A stretch of 64,000 nt of DNA from Plasmodiophora brassicae (lineage: Eukaryota): positions 186,001 to 250,000 of the forward strand of contig CP145428.1 in the NCBI GenBank assembly GCA_036867785.1, read 5' to 3'. A model generated the notes under the pieces. It was not told where the DNA came from and searched no databases. It was given only the letters and a program-made list of their open reading frames with translations. Each line of letters begins with the position of its first letter. The first letter of the stretch is position 1. Both the position numbers and the translations under genes were made by a program. Shown piece after piece: positions 1 through 11,188 of this stretch.

Positions 1-1
1 C

Positions 2-3000
2 GAGGACGACGACGATTACTCCGAGTTCGGGACCGTCCCGGCTGCGGGCGTCGATAGCTCTAGCGCTTCCGTCATCGCTCCCGATTGCCTCTCGGAGGTC
101 GCTGTCACTGATACGGTGGCCGCCGGTCACAGTGAACCGCCTGCTGCTGTTGTCGACAGCTCTAGCTCTCCCGCCCTCGCGCATGCCTGCCTCTCCGAGG
201 TCGCTGCCGCTGCTACTGTGGCAGCGTGCCACAACGATCCGTTATCATCGTTCCCCTCGGGCCCCGAGCCGTCGTGCGTCCGGCACCGTGGACCCGTCCG
301 TCGAGGGGCGGGACAACGCCTCTCGCCGCCTCGCCCCTCTGGCGGGCTTCGTGGTCGCCACATTATTAATCTTTTGATGACTGCATCCTTGGTCGCCCTG
401 GCCTGGGTCCTTGGGTGGACTTATCTTCCATTCACGCGGCTCCCTTCCGGCGCCTCTGCGGAGCCCCTGATCTCGAACGCCGCCGACGAGTCCTTCCTTA
501 CGCCCCTGGTCTCACCAGACGGTGACCCGGGGTCATCAACCTCGATTGCGTTCTTCAGCGCTGAGCCGTTTCTGGATGCTATCGTTGACGACGCAGCTTG
601 TTACCTTCTGCATTATACTTGGACCGAACTCGACTCGGACTCAGTCTCCGGGCCTGCGCTTCCTGACGCCTATCGCGAGTTCTCGGACGTGTTCGCCACT
701 GGCAGCCCGGCGTGCCTGCCTCCTCACCGCGCTTCCGATTGCCCCATCGATCTTAAGCCCGGCAAGGAGCCACCATTTTGTCGGTTATATGGTCTTTCCC
801 AACGAGAGCAGGTGGCCCTCAAGCAGTATCTGGAAGCCAATTTAAAGTCGAATTTCATTCGTCCTTCCCGTTCTTCGGCCGGTGCGCCCATTCTGTTTGT
901 ACGCAAGAAAGACGGCTCGCTGCGACTTTGTGTCGATTATCGCGTCCTAAATTCTGCCACGATCAAGAACCGGTATCCACTGCCTCTTATTGACCAACTT
1001 CTTGCCAACCTTAGTCGGGCCACGATCTTCACGAAAATCGACCTGCGCAGCGCGTATAATCAAATTCGTATCCGCGAAGGGGACGAGTGGAAGACGGCGT
1101 TTCGCACCCCGTATGGACTCTTCGAATATTTGGTTATGCCGTTTGGCCTCGCAAACGCACCGGCTTCGTTCCAGTCGTTCATGAATGATATGTTCAAGGA
1201 TTACCTCGACCAGTTCGTTGTCGTATATCTGGACGACATCCTTATTTTTTCTGCGAACGTCGCCGACCATGAACACCATGTGCGCCTCGTCCTGGAACGA
1301 CTTCGGGCTAGCAGTCTTACCGCTAATATGGAGAAGTGTGTTTTCGGCGCCAAGGAGGTCGAGTTTCTCGGCTACCTCGTTTCTCGAGACGGACTGCGCC
1401 TCGACCCTGCCCGTATCGACACTATCCTGTCTTGGCAACCGCCACGAGATATCCATGGTCTCCAAGTATTCTTGGGATTCGCCAATTTTTATCGCAAATT
1501 TATTCCTCACTTCGCGGAAATTGCTCTACCACTCACAAACCTGACGCGTGACGGTGTCGCCTTTATCTGGGATGCTGACGCTCAAGCTGCATTCGGCTCT
1601 CTGAAGGTTGCGTTCACATCGGCACCTGTCTTGGGCCATTTCGATCCTCATCAACCGTGTGATGTCGAGACCGACGCCTCAGACTTTGCCATCGCTATGG
1701 TCCTTTCGCAAAAGGGCGGCGCAGATGGGGAGTTGCACCCGATCGCCTACTTCTCGCGGAAGCTGATTGCTGCCGAGATTAGCTATCCCATTTACGACAA
1801 GGAACTCCTGGCGGTTGTGGAAGCGTTCACTAAGTGGCGGCAGTTCCTCGACTCAGATCAGCACCAAACGGTCGTGCATAGCGACCTTCGTAACCTCGTC
1901 CACTTCATGTCTACCCACAAGTTAAACAGACGTCAGGTTCGCTGGTCTCAACTGCTTAGCGAATTCGATTTCGTGATTCATCATCGTCCGGGGCGACTTC
2001 ATGGGAAGCCGGACGCCCTCACTCGTCGTCCGGAATACCAACCTTCGCCTGGCGACGAAGAAATTCTAGCAATGTCTCAACAGCTGCTTCCACCGCATCG
2101 CTTCTTCCGCCCGGACCCAGCTATTCTCTTTCTCCAGACCGGTACATCAGGCATCTCCCTTGTCGAACGTATTCGTCGCGAACAAGCCGATGACCCCTTC
2201 GTCCAGAAGACGTTATTATCGCTGGACGGGCCTCGTGGACGACGTTTCTGCGTTGCCGATGGTCTCTTATACAACGGAACCGCTCTCGTCGTCGCTGGTG
2301 AGGCCTGCAAGCTGGAAGTTCTGCACAGCCTTCACGACAACGTTACCGCCGGTCATTTTGGGGTTCGCAAGACATTGCAGCTCGTCAAGCGCGAGTTCTG
2401 GTGGCCCAAGATGTCCTCGTTCATCAAGGGTTACGTGGCGACCTGTGACACGTGTCGCCGCGTCAAACCTCCTCGCCATCGACCATCCGGCCTGCTACTT
2501 CCGCTACCAATTCCAACCGCTCTCTGGTCCTCCATCTCAATGGACTTTATCGTCAAGCTCCCCTCCTCCCGTGGCTATGACTCTGTACTGGTCGTGGTCG
2601 ACCGTTATTCGAACATGGCCCACTTTGTGGCGTGTCGAGAATCCATTTCCGCGGATCAGCTTGCCGATCTGTTTCTTCAGAACGTGTTCCGTCTGCATGG
2701 CCTGCCCGACGACATTGTCTCGGATCGCGGACCCCAGTTCGTATCGTTGTTCTGGAAGCACCTCCTATGCCGTCTCGGCGTTGAACGCCATCTGTCATCA
2801 TCCCGCCATCCCGAATCTGATGGCCAGACCGAGCGCGTCAACCAGATATTACAGCAATACCTTCGCTGTTATGTGTGCTACCTGCAAGACGACTGGGAGC
2901 CATTATTGCCGCTGGCCGAATTCTCTTACAATAACGTCGACCATTCGTCCACTGGAATGTCTCCCTTCTTCGCGAACTACGGCTACCACCCTCAGCTACG

Positions 3001-3034
3001 CGACCCTCGTCCTTGCAAACACGGTAGCTCCAAT
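2..3034 (+). CDS. Pol polyprotein 5' segment (RT-RNase H-integrase core)
   Basis: ORF 116..3118 is also open upstream to position 2. Residues after ...KHGSSN (codon 3032-3034) are read-through into the CACTA terminus. Confidence 0.92.
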
Positions 3035-3049
3035 CACTGGAAAAATAGG

Positions 3050-3170
3050 AGTGCCAAATTGGTGCCCCTACCTTCCCCGAGTGCCGAGGAAAGTGCCGAT
3101 TCCAGGAGCCAACAATAGGGAAGTGCCGATGTGGTGCAGGTGCATATCCTGGAGTGCCGAAATAGTGCCA
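3050..3170. repeat. Left subterminal (A)GTGCC repeat cluster of CACTA element
   Basis: About seven GTGCC(G/A/C) copies immediately inside the left TIR. Confidence 0.85.
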
Positions 3171-5923
3171 ACAGGTCCAACGCGCCAAAAAAGATTGTGA
3201 CGTCAAGCCGCCGGAATGCCCCATTTTTTGCGCCAGTCGTTGACTTCCGATCGTCGTGTTCGATCTGTGGACGATCGTTGTACCTGTGTGTGAGACGCGA
3301 CAACGGCACCAAACTCTAGCTCACCTCGCTTCGACGGCTTCGTCTGGATCTGGCTATCGTCCATCCGGTTGGATACCATGGAGGATGCTAACCCCATCAT
3401 TCGTGCATTTCCACGAGAAGGCTTTCTTGCCGCCGATGCAAGAAACGACCCTATTCTGAACCCGCGCCATGGTGTCGGCATCCCTGACGAAATGGATCGT
3501 CCGATCAGACAAACAATGGCTGTATCCTGGCTTCATGATGGTCCGCCGTTAATCGATTTCGACTTCACGGCCGGCTTATCAGACGACGTTGCTGGGATGT
3601 CTGCCGACCACATCCGGTCGGCGGAATTCCTTCGGAAGTACCGGAATGAGGTCGTCCTATCCGAGTTCCTAAAAGTCGAGATTCCGAAGCGCCTGGTTTC
3701 GTTGCAGGTGGATCCGTCCTCCATACGTGCGCTGGAGTGCTTGGATGAGTTTGCCCGCGGGCAGCATACGCAGGCGTCCCTGTGTCGCTCATTAGAACGA
3801 CTAAGCAAGGATGACGTAAGGCGCCAGGCCGAGTATACGAAATTCGTAAGCACCGTGTCTGACGAACGTTAGCTGTGTCTCTAATTCTGGTAGTTTAAGG
3901 AATACGCTGCCAGCAAGGGCTGTCCTGTGGACGACCTTGAAGAATGTTTAAACGCCGATCCTGTTCTTTCGCTGCAACGTTCTGGGGGCATCACCACTCT
4001 TGCCCAGCTACGCTCCTATCTGTCGGAGTCGGGCGTTTCGATACCGTCCCTCGAGTATCGCGTTTGCTGCAACGGTCACATGTGGCCAGCCTGCGACTCT
4101 CCATCGGACCAGGAGTGCTGCTCGAAGGCATCCGAACGTTTCTTCTACTTTTCCCGCATCCTATTTCTCCAATCGTTGTTTCGGTCGGCACACATGTCTG
4201 GCATCATTCGGTCGGAAATCGACCGACATCGAAATATTCTCTTGGGAGTTCGTTCTTCCGACACCATTCGCGACTGGACAGACGGCCAGTATTTCAAAGA
4301 TACGTATGGTCCTTTCATGCTGGAGGCGCTGCGCTTCAACGAATACCCTCTTGCGGTGACGTCTGGCATTGACGGCGCCGACGTCTTGAGATGGGGATCG
4401 GAATCGGTTACTCCGCTCATTCAGATACTCTTGAGTCTGCCTCCTGAGGTCCGGTGTAACCTCGGCCTTATCCATGCAGTCGGTTTAATACCGCACATCG
4501 CGCGAGGTCATCGTGCAGCGTTTCTTCGCCTCGACACGTTCGAATTAAACCTGATGTTCCAACTCGGGTTCCCTGTGTTCGATGCGACAACTGGGACGGC
4601 AACTGCAAGGGCAGTTCTATCGTGTGCTGTACGTACTCCCTTCTCCATCTGCTCGTGTCATTTCTGCTTACATATATCCAATTTGTGACAGACATTAGAT
4701 TACAAAGAGTTCAGCCTCACAACTCGTTGCTCCCAAGGCGGAAAGCTGGACGCCTGCAACCGGTGTCACGTTCAAGGCTATCATTTCGCGGCGAGCCACG
4801 CTACTGTGTTTCCAGGTCTTTGGCGATGGTCTTCTGAAGACGTCCGAGAGGCTGTAAGCCGCTATAATATTCGCGATTTGCACGGCCGTCTAAGACTTTG
4901 TACTCAGATGAGCAGATCGTTTTTCACGTCGATGACCGAACTGGGAAGAAGTAAGTTCCCGGAAAGTCCAGACGACCGAGATCGCGATCGAACTAGACGG
5001 CAGGAATGCCAGTTTCTCAAGGATGCTCAACCGAAACTGGATTCCGAGATGCGTCTGCGAATGACATCTGGTGATACCGGTGGGCATCGAGTCCCTGGCC
5101 ATGACATTTATTCAGTCGGATTATTGAGCGGGTTCGGCCATGCTTCGCAGTACGTGCATGATCCCATGCATGCATTCTGTATGCGTGTTATCCCGCGTCT
5201 GGTCAAGTGCTTCGATTGGCATGGGAATGGCAAAGAATTGCTTTCTCCAGAGGTTTGATCGCAATTTGTTGTACTTCATCGTCAAACTCATTTGCGGATT
5301 AGATCGATCGTGCGTGGTCGCGTTGTTCCCGACGTTCCCGTGTTGACGATTCCCAACAATCGCCGTTTTCCAGCGACGACTTTGGCTTCGTCTGCTGCAA
5401 GGCAGATTGGTAGTGCGATAGAGTCGTTGGAGTGGCCCACCGGAAACTGTGACCGCCCGAAGAACCCGTACCAGTCTTCGATGAAATCTCACGATTGGCT
5501 GATTTGGGCAAGTGATGTCGGAATCGCCATCTTTGCGGGTTTGATTGGCACGGCCCTGTTCAACAGTTCCGATTCTGCCCTATCCTGGGGAACTGTTTTC
5601 GCTTTCATGCACTCATCGATGATGATTCTGTCGAAGTCCTTCGACCGGTCGTCGTTCGACACTGTGGCGCAAACGTTCCTCGATGCGTGTGCCCGGCTGG
5701 AAACTGTAATTCCTGGCAAGCTGTTGACGATATCGGTACGTGCCCCGATTATCAATGTCGTATCTGTACATTCATCGCCGCACTGTTGCCGTTCAGATGC
5801 ATTCGATGATCCACCTTCCGGAAGTCATTCGCCAATGGGGCCCTCTTTCTGGCTTCGTATGGACCTATCCAATGGAACGGTGGATCAAGAGGATGAAGTC
5901 GATCCTGACAGCCACGCAAGGCT

Positions 5924-6099
5924 TGTGACGTCCCAACGGTGATGGTATATCAGCCGTGTAGTATATTCGTCTGTCTCCCCGACCTGCAGCTCCCACGGAC
6001 GCCGTGCGGACTCCGTGCGCACTCCGTGCATGTCCGTCATTCTTAGGGCGGCCTAGCCGGATCACAGCTATTCTTGTCTTATAGCTTGGAGCCGGCACA
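5924..6099 (-). repeat. 3' LTR of inner element
   Basis: Identical by eye to 11013-11188; minus-strand PPT GAAGGAGGGGAA at 6100-6111. Confidence 0.97.
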
Positions 6100-6297
6100 T
6101 TCCCCTCCTTCAAAGAAATGCTCCTCCTTGCAGGTGTCTTCAGTGGTGGTGTATCCTAATCATGTCTTCTCCTTAATATAGTCTAATTAACATAATTAAG
6201 TCTCAATCTTCGTAGAACACAGTTTTGGCTTCTGTCGTCACATGGCCGTCGGCATTAAAATAACCCAGCGCGCATCCGGGAAAAAAGCATGACTAGC

Positions 6298-9200
6298 CTA
6301 CTGGACTCCTTCCGCCTTAAGTAACTCCTTAACCTCATCAGCAAGGTGATGTTTCTCCTTCCTCATCCTGGCGGCATGTGCCTTCACCAGCTTCGGTACA
6401 TCCATCGCCAACCTGCAGATTGGCTCCCATGAATCCTCCGCTTCAGAGAAACCCTTCCATCCGATCAACAATTCCAATTCCCCTGTCTCCGGACTGTGCC
6501 TGCAGTCCTTGAAGACTTCAATGGCGAAACGCTCATTGTCATAATCCATCTGTCGCTTCAGTTCCTCAGTGGCATTCACTTTGCCATGTTCATAGAGGCG
6601 AACGCGGTCCCCGTGAACGGTTCGAGTGTCCGTCTCATTGAACATATTCCTCACCTCGTAGGTGTAGTTCTCGTGGCTATCAGTTATTTGATATAGGCCC
6701 CGCCACTTCATAAAGAGCTTCTTGCCCGGAACCTTACCCGGTTCAGGCAATCCGATGAGTACATAGTCACCGATCTGAAAGTTCGGTGCAGTTGCTCGTC
6801 GGTACGCGTCGCTCCTCTTCCTGTGTACGGCTCGGATTTTCTTCGATTGCTGCACTGCTCCCTTGTGCATTTCATTCAGCGACGTCTGCAATTGCATGAC
6901 TAGCTCCTGAATATGCTCCTTTGAGAGTGTAGCTTCCCCATACTTCTCATCCCCTGGCCTCTTGAACACTTGCTTCAGCGGGTTGTCTGGTTGACGTCCC
7001 ATCATCACTGTCACTGGCGCATTCCCGTTGGTACGCGCCTGCGACCTGTGATTGATCGTGTGTTCAATGTTGTGGTTCAACCATGGCCAATCGTATTTGT
7101 CCCACTGCAATTCAGACAGAAGTGCTCTGACTAGTTGCAAGTAGTTCCTGTTGATCACCTCAATTGATCCATTACTGTAATGCCCATAGGCAACAGTCGG
7201 GTGATGAGCAAATCCACATCGACGCGCCAGTTCCTTCACAACGTTTGCCAGAAAGCAAGACGCCATGTCTGACACCATCAACTCAAACGTTCCGAAGATA
7301 GCCCTCCATTCGAGCAGTGCCTCTACAGTGGTTTCCGCATTGGGTGTATGGTCAGGAGTAATCTTGACCATGCCAGACAGATCATCCCTGATTATCAGGT
7401 TCCATTGCAGATCATGTCTTCCGCCCTTCTGAGCCGCCATCATGTATAGCCAATCCAAGTGAATCACCTGATTCGGCCTAACACCATGAACAGCTGTTCC
7501 CAATGGCCTGGGAATCCTAACCCCGCCCCTTGTCGGTAGACAGTTCAAACACGCGTTGCAGAACGTCCTCATGTCCTCATCGCAGTGTGCCCAATGGCAG
7601 AACTCCCCCAACTTCCTCAACGAGGCCTTCAGTCCTAGATGCCCACTGTTTCCGCCCGCATGAGCAATAGCGCATAGCTGCAGCTTCAGCTCGTTGCATT
7701 CGTCTGGTATGATCACCTGTCCCTTCCCTGTGACGAAGAGATCATCACCATTCTTCGGTCGTTTCGTTCCTCTGAGCCATTTCCTCTGAGCCTTACGGAT
7801 TTCGTCCACGGTCGGCCATTGGAATTCCTTCCTTTGTAACGGCCGTACCCGATATCCGTCCTCAATTTGAAGCGTTATCCTCCTGATCGTGCGTACCTCT
7901 AGGTGCTGGTCATCAGGCCCACCGTCCGGTGCACCCCACCGCGTCATAAGATCCGACCACACATTGTCCTCCCCCGCAATGTGTTCAATGACGTAGTTGA
8001 CCCTCTGTATGTCCAGTGCCCATCGTTGCAGTTTCTGCGCCGTTGGCTTTGACACGTCCGTTGGTGAGAATATCCTCACGAGATTCCTATGATCGGTAAA
8101 CAAACGAAACTGCTCGTTGGTTGTAACGAGATAGTCCAGTTTGTCAATCCCATCCTTGATCGCGAACCCTTCCTTCTCCACCGTGGACCAGTTCCGCTCT
8201 GGGCCCGCGAACTTGTGTCCGACGAAACCCAGCGGTTCATGTCGCTGCCCATGCACTGGTTTACCCAAGTCCTCAGGCGGAATCTGTGTGACTACCGCCG
8301 CGCTGTTAACCTCATTTGCATCTGAGAATAGGCATTGGATCCGGTCCTTTCGCGGGTACGCTAGTTGGACCGTGTCCGCCACTGCCATCTTCAGTTTCTC
8401 GAATGCCAGCGCATGTTCGGGTGACCATCCATATTTGCACAATCGCACCCTCCTGGCAATGGCTTTCGTCCTGCCAGGTTGGTCCTTCATTGCATCCTCG
8501 TATATCCTCTGTAACAGGTGTACCTTCCTGTTGTACTCAGGGATGGACCTACTCATCCACTGAGTTGCCATAAGGAATTGTTGCAAGTCCCTTGCCGTCC
8601 TCGGCTGTGGTATCGCCATTAAAGCCTCAATCCTAGCAGGATCGTGCCTTACCCCTTCTGGCGTGAATATCCTTCCACAGAACCGAACCTCTGTTGTGAA
8701 GAGCTCACACTTCTCCACGTTGAACTTGATGCTGTGCCGTTCGGCTAGCATCAGAGTCCGTTCCAACGTTCGGAACCAATCATCCTCCCTTTGGGCATGC
8801 CCCATTAGATCATCGATCCATATGATTAGTTTGTGGAACATAAGTTCCCCGAACACCTCAAACATCCTCCCTTGATACTGAGGGGCGGAGTTCATTCCCC
8901 CCTGCATCGACCTCGTTGGCTTATACACCCCCTTATCTGTCATGAAGGAGAAGATCTCCTGACACGCTTCATCCAGCGGCATCATCCAGAAGCCTTTGAA
9001 CGCGTCTAGCTTAAACCAGAACCTCGAGCCTGCCAGGTTCCTCAGTATCGCCTCCTGATGTGGCATAGGCCACGCCACGGCGACACATTTGGCATTAACA
9101 GCTCTGAGATCAACACAGAACCGCTTTCCGCCCCCTGGCTTCGTCACCACCACCACCGGTGAAGCCCACTTCGCGTTGTAGTTTTCAACGACTAGGCCAT

Positions 9201-10965
9201 ACTTCTTCAATTGGGCGACGAATTCCTCCATGAAAGCACTGTCCTCCATACTGTACTTTCTGGCTCGGCACCTGTAAGGTTCCGCATCCGGTTTCAGCTC
9301 CGTGACAAATGGTGTAACCCTGGCTGGACCATCAGGTCCAATGCTCATACGCCAAACGTCCCTATATCTTCTGACGAGTTTCCGAAGCGATTTCCCCATC
9401 GCTTGCGGTAGGCCATTCCTCAATGCGCGCTCGACCATCCCGTCCATCTCCCTTTCCAGGGAGTCTGTGGAATCGGTTCCGATCCTCACATCCTCTGTTT
9501 CCTCTTCCTCCCCTTCCCAGAGAGGTGGCATCTCGTTTGCCATATTGTGCACTTCATCCATGACGTCATTCCCCTTCTTCGGCGTGCTCTTAATGAGTAC
9601 GTCCAGGGCCTTCTTTGGGTGGATACCCAAGTCGTCCAACAGCCTCTCCCCTAGGATTATTTCCTTTTCAGGAATGTCCCATACAAGGCATCGGCGCCGG
9701 CGAGTGATCAGTTCGCCTGCCGTCGTCGTCAGTCCCAGATCCAGTATCATCACATGGTAGGCTGTGTGCTTCGTTTCTCTGTCTACCAGACAGAACGTTT
9801 CCGGCTTCTGGAGGTTCTCCATTGTTAACAATGGGTCCCGCTCCATTAGCTCGCGCGCTATGGTCAATGGCATCAGAACGTCAACCGATGTCGCTCCACT
9901 GTCCAGAACCCCAACGTAGTCTTCCTCATGTCCGTTTACACGAACGACTACTTGGTCCCCTGTCCTCTGCGCCCCCTCCGACACTCTTCCTACCACTGGA
10001 AGCCATGGGTACTCTGACAAGTCGTCATCTTTATCAGATTTGGCCTTACGGGGTCCATCCCTTCCCGTTGGCCCCTTGCGGCGATCCTTCAGCAGGTCTG
10101 CGACCTGCTTCTTGGTAGGCTTCTTCGGGCAACGAAACGCTGGATGTCCAACCTCGTCACAGTTGAAACATCGCAGGTCCTTCCGGTGTCGTTTCGTGTC
10201 CCGGCCTCCATCGCCTCCTTCATCCGTCTGCGCCCCTCGCTTCTTCGGGGTGGGTTTGACCTTTCCCTTCCCCTTGCCATCCTCACGTCCCGGCTCCATG
10301 TACAACATCGTCTCCTCATACGATGCAGCCCGTTCCTTCAGCACCCGATAGAATTCCAAAGGGTCCTTCTGGAGATCGGTCTGGCGCTTCATGACGAGGG
10401 TCCGCATGAGCGCTTGTAAACCGGATGGGCGCACAGCACCCAGTAGGTACTTGACCAGGTTCTTCCGTCCCTCGCGGGACGTGAAGAGGTCCTGCCACCC
10501 GTTGCGCGCGACCAATTCCTCGTACTGCTGCACGAGGTTCACGACCCTTGCCGCTGGTGTGGTGATGGTCAGCTTCATCGCCAGCTTCCGCATCTCCCGG
10601 TCGATGTTCGCGTCCGTCGAGCGATCCTGCTCCAGATGCCTCTTCATCCAGTCCATCAGGTCGCTCTCCGTCACCCCCTCGGCGTCCGTGCCGAGTTCCC
10701 ACTTGCAGATCGCCCTGAGCAGACCGGGGTCGATCATACTCCTCACTGACCGTGGGATCTGGCCCTTGGCATTCGGATCGTCCCGGAAGTGATTCCGATA
10801 CGTCTTCAGCTCGGCCATGAACGTCGTGACGGCCTTGCGGTCCATGCTCTTCAAGGTCGGCGCCTTGTTCATCTGCAGGACGATCGTTGAGCCTTGCACG
10901 CTCTGTCCTTGTTGTCGATCATCGACGTCATCTTCCAGCAGCATCTCCTGCGCGGTGGCCACCAT
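6298..10965 (-). CDS. Gag-Pol: CCHC knuckle, aspartic protease, RT, RNase H, integrase, chromodomain
   Basis: CFNCDEVGHPAFRC; VLDSGAT; KLDAFKGF and WIDDL; FSDAN/EKE/FTDH; IHLDW, VSDMA, GSIEVIN; LIGWKGFSEAEDSWEP. Likely start is MVATAQ just inside the LTR; the upstream part of the listed ORF is LTR read-through. Confidence 0.95.
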   Translation of the reverse strand: MVATAQEMLLEDDVDDRQQGQSVQGSTIVLQMNKAPTLKSMDRKAVTTFMAELKTYRNHFRDDPNAKGQIPRSVRSMIDPGLLRAICKWELGTDAEGVTESDLMDWMKRHLEQDRSTDANIDREMRKLAMKLTITTPAARVVNLVQQYEELVARNGWQDLFTSREGRKNLVKYLLGAVRPSGLQALMRTLVMKRQTDLQKDPLEFYRVLKERAASYEETMLYMEPGREDGKGKGKVKPTPKKRGAQTDEGGDGGRDTKRHRKDLRCFNCDEVGHPAFRCPKKPTKKQVADLLKDRRKGPTGRDGPRKAKSDKDDDLSEYPWLPVVGRVSEGAQRTGDQVVVRVNGHEEDYVGVLDSGATSVDVLMPLTIARELMERDPLLTMENLQKPETFCLVDRETKHTAYHVMILDLGLTTTAGELITRRRRCLVWDIPEKEIILGERLLDDLGIHPKKALDVLIKSTPKKGNDVMDEVHNMANEMPPLWEGEEEETEDVRIGTDSTDSLEREMDGMVERALRNGLPQAMGKSLRKLVRRYRDVWRMSIGPDGPARVTPFVTELKPDAEPYRCRARKYSMEDSAFMEEFVAQLKKYGLVVENYNAKWASPVVVVTKPGGGKRFCVDLRAVNAKCVAVAWPMPHQEAILRNLAGSRFWFKLDAFKGFWMMPLDEACQEIFSFMTDKGVYKPTRSMQGGMNSAPQYQGRMFEVFGELMFHKLIIWIDDLMGHAQREDDWFRTLERTLMLAERHSIKFNVEKCELFTTEVRFCGRIFTPEGVRHDPARIEALMAIPQPRTARDLQQFLMATQWMSRSIPEYNRKVHLLQRIYEDAMKDQPGRTKAIARRVRLCKYGWSPEHALAFEKLKMAVADTVQLAYPRKDRIQCLFSDANEVNSAAVVTQIPPEDLGKPVHGQRHEPLGFVGHKFAGPERNWSTVEKEGFAIKDGIDKLDYLVTTNEQFRLFTDHRNLVRIFSPTDVSKPTAQKLQRWALDIQRVNYVIEHIAGEDNVWSDLMTRWGAPDGGPDDQHLEVRTIRRITLQIEDGYRVRPLQRKEFQWPTVDEIRKAQRKWLRGTKRPKNGDDLFVTGKGQVIIPDECNELKLQLCAIAHAGGNSGHLGLKASLRKLGEFCHWAHCDEDMRTFCNACLNCLPTRGGVRIPRPLGTAVHGVRPNQVIHLDWLYMMAAQKGGRHDLQWNLIIRDDLSGMVKITPDHTPNAETTVEALLEWRAIFGTFELMVSDMASCFLANVVKELARRCGFAHHPTVAYGHYSNGSIEVINRNYLQLVRALLSELQWDKYDWPWLNHNIEHTINHRSQARTNGNAPVTVMMGRQPDNPLKQVFKRPGDEKYGEATLSKEHIQELVMQLQTSLNEMHKGAVQQSKKIRAVHRKRSDAYRRATAPNFQIGDYVLIGLPEPGKVPGKKLFMKWRGLYQITDSHENYTYEVRNMFNETDTRTVHGDRVRLYEHGKVNATEELKRQMDYDNERFAIEVFKDCRHSPETGELELLIGWKGFSEAEDSWEPICRLAMDVPKLVKAHAARMRKEKHHLADEVKELLKAEGVQ

Positions 10966-11012
10966 CGCGTCCTTCTTTGAAACCTTCCCCGAAAGGATGT
11001 TCAAGAGATCTC

Positions 11013-11188
11013 TGTGACGTCCCAACGGTGATGGTATATCAGCCGTGTAGTATATTCGTCTGTCTCCCCGACCTGCAGCTCCCACGGACGCCGTGCGGAC
11101 TCCGTGCGCACTCCGTGCATGTCCGTCATTCTTAGGGCGGCCTAGCCGGATCACAGCTATTCTTGTCTTATAGCTTGGAGCCGGCACA
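11013..11188 (-). repeat. 5' LTR of inner element
   Basis: Identical by eye to 5924-6099. Confidence 0.97.

Larger units (their letters stand above)
5924..11188 (-). mobile_element. Intact Ty3/gypsy LTR retrotransposon with chromodomain (inner element, 5265 bp)
   Basis: Two 176-bp TG...CA LTRs, 4-bp TSD GGCT (5920-5923, 11189-11192), PPT adjacent to the 3' LTR, single uninterrupted gag-pol ORF. Confidence 0.97.

Noticed and set aside
6231-6242. 12-mer TCTGTCGTCACA in the inner element 3' UTR identical to the outer LTR end (14464-14475)
   Set aside because: Similarity does not extend beyond 12 bp; compatible with chance.
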